From positions 1-64,000 of IMG/VR virus record IMGVR_UViG_3300034374_008984: 64,000 nucleotides of DNA; one strand, given 5' to 3'. Below are positions 58,964 to 64,000 of this stretch, in pieces. Every line of letters starts with the position of its first letter. Positions within the stretch are counted from its first letter, which is position 1. Both the position numbers and the translations under genes were made by a program. Source of the stretch: a virus. The notes below the pieces were generated by a model that was not told the origin of the DNA, made no database searches, and saw only the letters and a list, made by a program, of their open reading frames with translations.

Positions 58964-61900
58964 TGCGGAACCAAGACCCAACCCTACCCCCACTTCCCAA
59001 AGGATTCACCGTAGTAGAATCGTCTGACGCGCCTCCATTGCCGTCAGGATTTACTCCCGTAGAAGAACCCATTGTCCCTGAAAAAAAAAGCCCTATCGGG
59101 TCATCTTCCCAAGATGGTTCGCAAGGCTTACAGGGTGCTCCATCGTCACCTTCGAGAGGTATTCAGCTTCCTGACCAGCCCTTCTCGGGATTGGGCGGGG
59201 TAATCGAACAGGACGACCCGATACTCCCAAAGGTATCCCTTGAGAGGCCACCAGTCAATCCCCTTGCGGAATACGAGCGGATAGCGTCCAAGAGACACGA
59301 ACTCCAAGCGAGTAAGGTATCCGCATTCGAGGGGCCGTTCATGGCTCTTGGAGTTGGATTGGCAGGAGGCCCCGCTGCGGACAAGTACAGGAGGGAGAAG
59401 ATTGAAGAGGGAAAGAAGGCTGTTGCGGGGACTGACAGGGACTTCAATGCGGCAAGGTCATCCGCTATGTCCGCCATAGAGAATATCGTACAGGACAGGA
59501 TAAGGGACAACGTAAAGGAGTTCACCACATCAGACCTGACAGGGGTCTCCGTGCCCGACCCCCGAAAAGTGAAGGAGTGGGCGCAGGCGGTCGCAAGAGA
59601 GAACGGACTGCCCGAGGACGGCTGGGCGTGGAAGGCACTCAATGACAAGGCCACAGACCATATCGCCTTCAAGATAGTCCAGCCGAGGGTTGATAAGGCT
59701 TTTGAGAGGATGTGGAAGGAAGAGAAGGGGAAGGAAGTGCCGAAGGACGTGCGCGAATACCTCGGAGTGAATCAGAAGGAAACCGAAATCGAGCGCGAAC
59801 TCATATCGGGCCTTTCGCAGGAGAAGGCACAGGTGGAGGCACAGGTGGAGGAGCAGTTCGCTAAGGTCACAGGCGGAATGCCCGTGCAGGAGTACGTACA
59901 GATGAGGGACGCGGCCCATGAACAGAGAATCAGAGAACTTCAATCACGGTACGCTCAGTTCATCACCCCGCAAGGAGAGTTCGCGGGAAGCCCCGAACAG
60001 TATGCTCAGTACCAATCCGAGTTCGAGACAACTCAGAAGCAGTACGAATCAGAGGTTTCAAGGACGGTGGGCGAACTTACCCAGATACAGGCCAACGCCA
60101 ACAGGAGATTCAATCGCGTCCGCATCGAACGTATCGAACAGGCCGAGCGGACCATGCAGGAGTTCATGTCCGAGAAAGAGAGGCTCGTTCCTGGGCTTCA
60201 AAAGGAAATCGAGGACACCTATCGGAAGGCATACGGAAAAGTACTCGGAGAGAACGACTCTTGGAGGGAAATCCTTTACAGGGACAACAAGGTGATGGCC
60301 CTCGGGACATCGTGGGCATCCGCAGTAGGCGGTTCTGTAAGCCGCATGGGAAGCCTGTTCGCATCCCCCGAGATGCAGTCCACGGGGAAGGCCATGGAGA
60401 ACTTCTTCTATACGGGAAACCCGAACATGGAGAAGCTGAGTGACTGGCTCGACCTTTTCAAATCGGCCCGGTCCACAGGCAACCTCATGGGCAGTATGAC
60501 CACATCGATGGTACCCGCTGTCGCAGCAGGTGTCGCAACGGGGGGTCTGGGGGGCGTGGCCCTCGGAACGATGATGTCGTGGGCAGGAGAATCAGCGGAT
60601 ATAGCGGGGGGCATCGCAGAGCGGATATACAATGAGACGGGGGATCCCGCGAAGGTTCAGCAAGGGGTGTCACAGGCATTCTCTGCGCAAGGGCTGTTGC
60701 TCCCGACCTACTTCCTTGAGATGTCCAACATCTTCGGGAAGATATTCACTGGCGGGGGGCTTGGAAGAAGGATTGCTCTCGGGGCGGGTACGGAATACGT
60801 TATAGAGACGTTATTTCAGGAATTTCCACAACAACTCTTCGAGGAATCCATTGTCGCGGGAAAAGGACTTGAAGGCGTTCTTGACAACTTCACACCAAGC
60901 AATTTTGAAAAGACAGCAGGGAAACTCAAGGATGTGGCATTGAACACTCCTTCCGTCATGCTCATGGGCGGTCTCGGTCAGGCAAGGGCGTATGTGGACG
61001 AGAAAGGATCACAGGAAAAGAGGGAGGAGCAGATAGCAAATAGGCTAAGTTCCATCAACTCAAGAATGCGGGCGGGGGACTTCACTGGCACGGACTTCCA
61101 ACAGTCGGCACTCAAACTTGCCGTTGACTTCGGTGTGTACGAGGCTTCAAAGGTGGCCGTAGCCACGTACTTCAATGGGGGCATCACATACGAGACCTTC
61201 ACAAGGATACAGCAGTCGTTGAATGACGCGAAGGAGATCACTGAAAAGGTGAATGCCATGGAAGGCATCACCGATGAGAACCGTCTGTTGTTCTCTATGA
61301 TAAACATGGAGCACCGTGCCCTTGAAAGGAAGGCCGAAAACGAGAAAGACCCCATCTTCAAGGCAAGAGCACAGAAGGAGGCCAATGAGAGGAAGGCCAT
61401 GCTCGATGAGATATTCGAGGGAGGGACACCCAACTATGCCACAGCGGAGTTCGAGGACGGCAACTTCACCGTTATGACCCCCACGGGAATCAAGAAGGCG
61501 ATGTCCAATCCAGCGTTCATGCAGGAGGTCGTTGACGGGAAGATCAAGTTCAACGCCTTTGGGAAAGATTCTCAGCAGGTCGTTGAGGAGTTCGCCAAAA
61601 CAATCAATGATTTCAAGCAGAACCAGCGGGGGAAAGTTGATGCGGACATAGCGAACAGGAAAAAGGAACAAGCACAACAAGAAGGGTACGAAGCGGAAAG
61701 GGAGGGGTACTTGATTAAGAGAGAAGAGGAGCTGGGCATCATCCCCGACATAATGGAGCCTGCACCGAAGTTTGTGACTGCTGCAATTACGCGAGTAGAA
61801 GACGACAAGCCAACAAGCCTTAGTCAAATTGAAGCGGCATCTGATTGGCTGTATTCGGAATACAAGAGAATATCCTCATTAAGAGATAATCCGAAAGAGA

Positions 61901-64000
61901 ACCCTCTGAGCCAAAAAAGAACGAACGAACTCCTCGATGCCATAGGAATGGACATCGAAATGCTTGAGTCTGCCAAAGGTAAAATGGAAGCAGAGGACAT
62001 CGCAGCATCTGATGCGCCAATCAATCAAGAACCGAAAACCGAAGAATCAATACAAGCCCAAGCAAGCAAGCCTTCCCCCGCACCGACCGTCAACACGACC
62101 CCGACAGAGGCCAGATACGCATCCGTCGATAGGAATGACGGCAAAGACCCCGTTGACCTGACCAAAGAGGAATACCTCGCAGAGATGGAGCGGAGAGGCA
62201 CGCCTGTTGAGGAGACCGCTACGGAGGCGCCTCAAGCGGAGAAGAAAACCGAATCGCTTCAACAGGAAAAAACCTCCATCGAACAGAAGATGGAGGATGA
62301 GATTGCGAAAGCAAGGGATCCATTTTATTACGCCCCTCTACCGTTCCCCGATGGATTGGCTCGGACGCCCAACAATGAAAAGCGTTGGAGGGAAGAGCAA
62401 GAGGCTCGCATAAAAGAGCAGATGAACGAGGCGGAAGCCGCTATCAGAGAGAATTACGCCACACAGCTTCAGGGTATAGACGAGAAGATTTCCCAAGCAA
62501 ATAAGCCAACCCCCACAGAGCCCACAACACAGCCCGTAGAAGCACCTGTTTCCGAATCTGAGTCAAATAAGGAGGGTGTGTTCAGTGAAGGACTGACATA
62601 CACTCCAAAGAGCAACGTAACAATAGATGCGTTTTCTGAATTTGACGATGAGGGAGTCCCGCAAGTCAGGATTGACAACATGGAAGTCCCTAAGAGGGAC
62701 AGAATGAAAGGAAAGGGCAGGGCCGAGTTCTCTGAAGTGGAGGCGTGGGCACGGGAAATCGGTGCGGAGCGGATTATCATAGAGTCAGAGAGAGACGCAA
62801 TTCCTTTTTGGAAGGCCATCGGATTCGACATTGACAACCAAGGCGGAGAAGTCTCCACAGGAATTTACGAAATACAACCAAACCCAACCCAAGATGCCCT
62901 TCAAGAGCCAAGCGCAGAGACGCGCCCTGTACGCCAAGAACCCGAAACTCGCCAAAGAGTTCGAGAAGAAGACACCCAAGAACAAGAAGCTGCCAGAGAA
63001 GGTAAAGCCCAAGAAGAAGTAGGCGCGCCCGACATAGCGTCCATGTCGAGAGAATCCCTCCTTGACTACCTGTTCAGCCTGCGTGAGGATTACTCCCTTG
63101 TGGACGTAGAGAACGAGGCCGAGGTCAGTCGCATAGAGACCGAGATGGATGCTGTTGAGGCCGCGATAGAAAAACTTCCGGAGCCTACTGAACCAAAGCC
63201 CGTAGAAGAAACAGAACAAGAGTTTACCGAAGAAGAGATGGAAGCCGCATACGCGGAACGGGAGAAAGAATTGGAGGAGTTCAAAGAAACTACCTTTTTT
63301 CAAGACATACAGGAAACCTTCCAGCCTATATCCATCGAGGAGTACGAGCGATACATGGGTAAGAAGACCTACAGGGACAACAGAAGATACCTCAAAGGGC
63401 TTGTCACAGAGCAAGGCGGAACCCAGCCGATAGATACCCGCTCAAAGCCTAATGCAGCAGAAGACGTAGAGTTCTTTGATCCTGAAGACATCATCGACTT
63501 CATAAATACCATTGCCGCTGAGAGGAACATCACAGGAGAGTCAAGATACAAGATTCCACCACAGAGAAACCGAAAGGAACGAATCGGTAAACCTTCTCCA
63601 AAGAAGAAGGTCAAGACGGGGGACTTCCTTCGGAACCTTGCAAAAGAGGTTGCCAAGGGCAAAATTGATAATCGCGGGATAGCTATGTCAGGAATCCCCG
63701 GATTTGTTCAGGCGTGGAACGCTGCAATAACCGCAGCAGAGAAGACTCTTGAGGCCACGGCCTACATGTCAGATATTGTGGATTTCCTTGTAGAGCACAT
63801 AAGGAACAGTCCTCAGTTCATGAGAATGAGGCCAGCGCAGAGAAAGGCTTACGACCTGAGAGGAACTGTCCTACGAGAAATGGGGATTACTGAGCAGCAG
63901 TACAATGATTCCCGAGTAGAGGCTGAAAAGGCAAAGGGAAAGGAGTCTGTAAAAAAAGCCCGTGCGGAGGAGAGGAAGAAAGCATCTGAGAAGATGAAAG
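58963..64000 (+). CDS. Giant internal virion / polyvalent-type protein, 5' part (>1679 aa; not in ORF track)
   Basis: ATG overlaps the previous TGA; no stop seen to the window end; hydrophobic Gly/Ala stretch at ~60480-60620; GNAT-like segment at ~62600-62870. Confidence 0.8.
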   Translation, partial: MRNQDPTLPPLPKGFTVVESSDAPPLPSGFTPVEEPIVPEKKSPIGSSSQDGSQGLQGAPSSPSRGIQLPDQPFSGLGGVIEQDDPILPKVSLERPPVNPLAEYERIASKRHELQASKVSAFEGPFMALGVGLAGGPAADKYRREKIEEGKKAVAGTDRDFNAARSSAMSAIENIVQDRIRDNVKEFTTSDLTGVSVPDPRKVKEWAQAVARENGLPEDGWAWKALNDKATDHIAFKIVQPRVDKAFERMWKEEKGKEVPKDVREYLGVNQKETEIERELISGLSQEKAQVEAQVEEQFAKVTGGMPVQEYVQMRDAAHEQRIRELQSRYAQFITPQGEFAGSPEQYAQYQSEFETTQKQYESEVSRTVGELTQIQANANRRFNRVRIERIEQAERTMQEFMSEKERLVPGLQKEIEDTYRKAYGKVLGENDSWREILYRDNKVMALGTSWASAVGGSVSRMGSLFASPEMQSTGKAMENFFYTGNPNMEKLSDWLDLFKSARSTGNLMGSMTTSMVPAVAAGVATGGLGGVALGTMMSWAGESADIAGGIAERIYNETGDPAKVQQGVSQAFSAQGLLLPTYFLEMSNIFGKIFTGGGLGRRIALGAGTEYVIETLFQEFPQQLFEESIVAGKGLEGVLDNFTPSNFEKTAGKLKDVALNTPSVMLMGGLGQARAYVDEKGSQEKREEQIANRLSSINSRMRAGDFTGTDFQQSALKLAVDFGVYEASKVAVATYFNGGITYETFTRIQQSLNDAKEITEKVNAMEGITDENRLLFSMINMEHRALERKAENEKDPIFKARAQKEANERKAMLDEIFEGGTPNYATAEFEDGNFTVMTPTGIKKAMSNPAFMQEVVDGKIKFNAFGKDSQQVVEEFAKTINDFKQNQRGKVDADIANRKKEQAQQEGYEAEREGYLIKREEELGIIPDIMEPAPKFVTAAITRVEDDKPTSLSQIEAASDWLYSEYKRISSLRDNPKENPLSQKRTNELLDAIGMDIEMLESAKGKMEAEDIAASDAPINQEPKTEESIQAQASKPSPAPTVNTTPTEARYASVDRNDGKDPVDLTKEEYLAEMERRGTPVEETATEAPQAEKKTESLQQEKTSIEQKMEDEIAKARDPFYYAPLPFPDGLARTPNNEKRWREEQEARIKEQMNEAEAAIRENYATQLQGIDEKISQANKPTPTEPTTQPVEAPVSESESNKEGVFSEGLTYTPKSNVTIDAFSEFDDEGVPQVRIDNMEVPKRDRMKGKGRAEFSEVEAWAREIGAERIIIESERDAIPFWKAIGFDIDNQGGEVSTGIYEIQPNPTQDALQEPSAETRPVRQEPETRQRVREEDTQEQEAAREGKAQEEVGAPDIASMSRESLLDYLFSLREDYSLVDVENEAEVSRIETEMDAVEAAIEKLPEPTEPKPVEETEQEFTEEEMEAAYAEREKELEEFKETTFFQDIQETFQPISIEEYERYMGKKTYRDNRRYLKGLVTEQGGTQPIDTRSKPNAAEDVEFFDPEDIIDFINTIAAERNITGESRYKIPPQRNRKERIGKPSPKKKVKTGDFLRNLAKEVAKGKIDNRGIAMSGIPGFVQAWNAAITAAEKTLEATAYMSDIVDFLVEHIRNSPQFMRMRPAQRKAYDLRGTVLREMGITEQQYNDSRVEAEKAKGKESVKKARAEERKKASEKMK
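62894..63022 (+). CDS. Overprinted 42-aa basic protein in the +1 frame
   Basis: MPFKSQAQRRALYAKNPKLAKEFEKKTPKNKKLPEKVKPKKK with a C/A-rich leader. Confidence 0.6.
   Translation: MPFKSQAQRRALYAKNPKLAKEFEKKTPKNKKLPEKVKPKKK

Noticed and set aside
1-64000. Stop-codon reassignment as in some crAss-like phages
   Set aside because: Long genes are intact in the standard code, TAA, TAG and TGA all end genes, and no suppressor tRNA was found

Overview
The whole window is a tailed dsDNA phage of a Bacteroidota host: about 15 TAnnTTTG '-7' promoter boxes, A/C-rich leaders without Shine-Dalgarno sites, standard genetic code. Gene order: tail-fibre-like genes, holin and M15 endolysin (1-4.5 kb); a mirror-symmetric control or terminus region around a ribbon-helix-helix gene (6.05-7.6 kb); about 28 small early genes joined by repeated leaders (7.8-17.8 kb); recombination and replication genes (SSB-like, Cas4/RecB-like nuclease, initiator-like, DnaC-like loader, DnaB; 18-30 kb); a 1.2 kb non-coding RNA locus with a tRNA-like RNA, tRNA-Ala and a ~570 nt structured RNA candidate; TerL; an AT-rich methyltransferase island bounded by attC-like inverted repeats; portal, scaffold and capsid; a minus-strand block with MTase, nucleases and SF2 helicase; crAss-like tail proteins, ejection proteins and the start of a giant ORF running off the window. 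Best novelty candidates: (1) an integron-like, two-level gene-cassette system at 34.0-35.7 kb, (2) the large structured RNA and two tRNA mimics, (3) a small basic gene overprinted next to a GNAT domain inside the giant protein, (4) the symmetric 6-7.6 kb region. Protein calls rest on motifs read by eye and on synteny; no database search was run.
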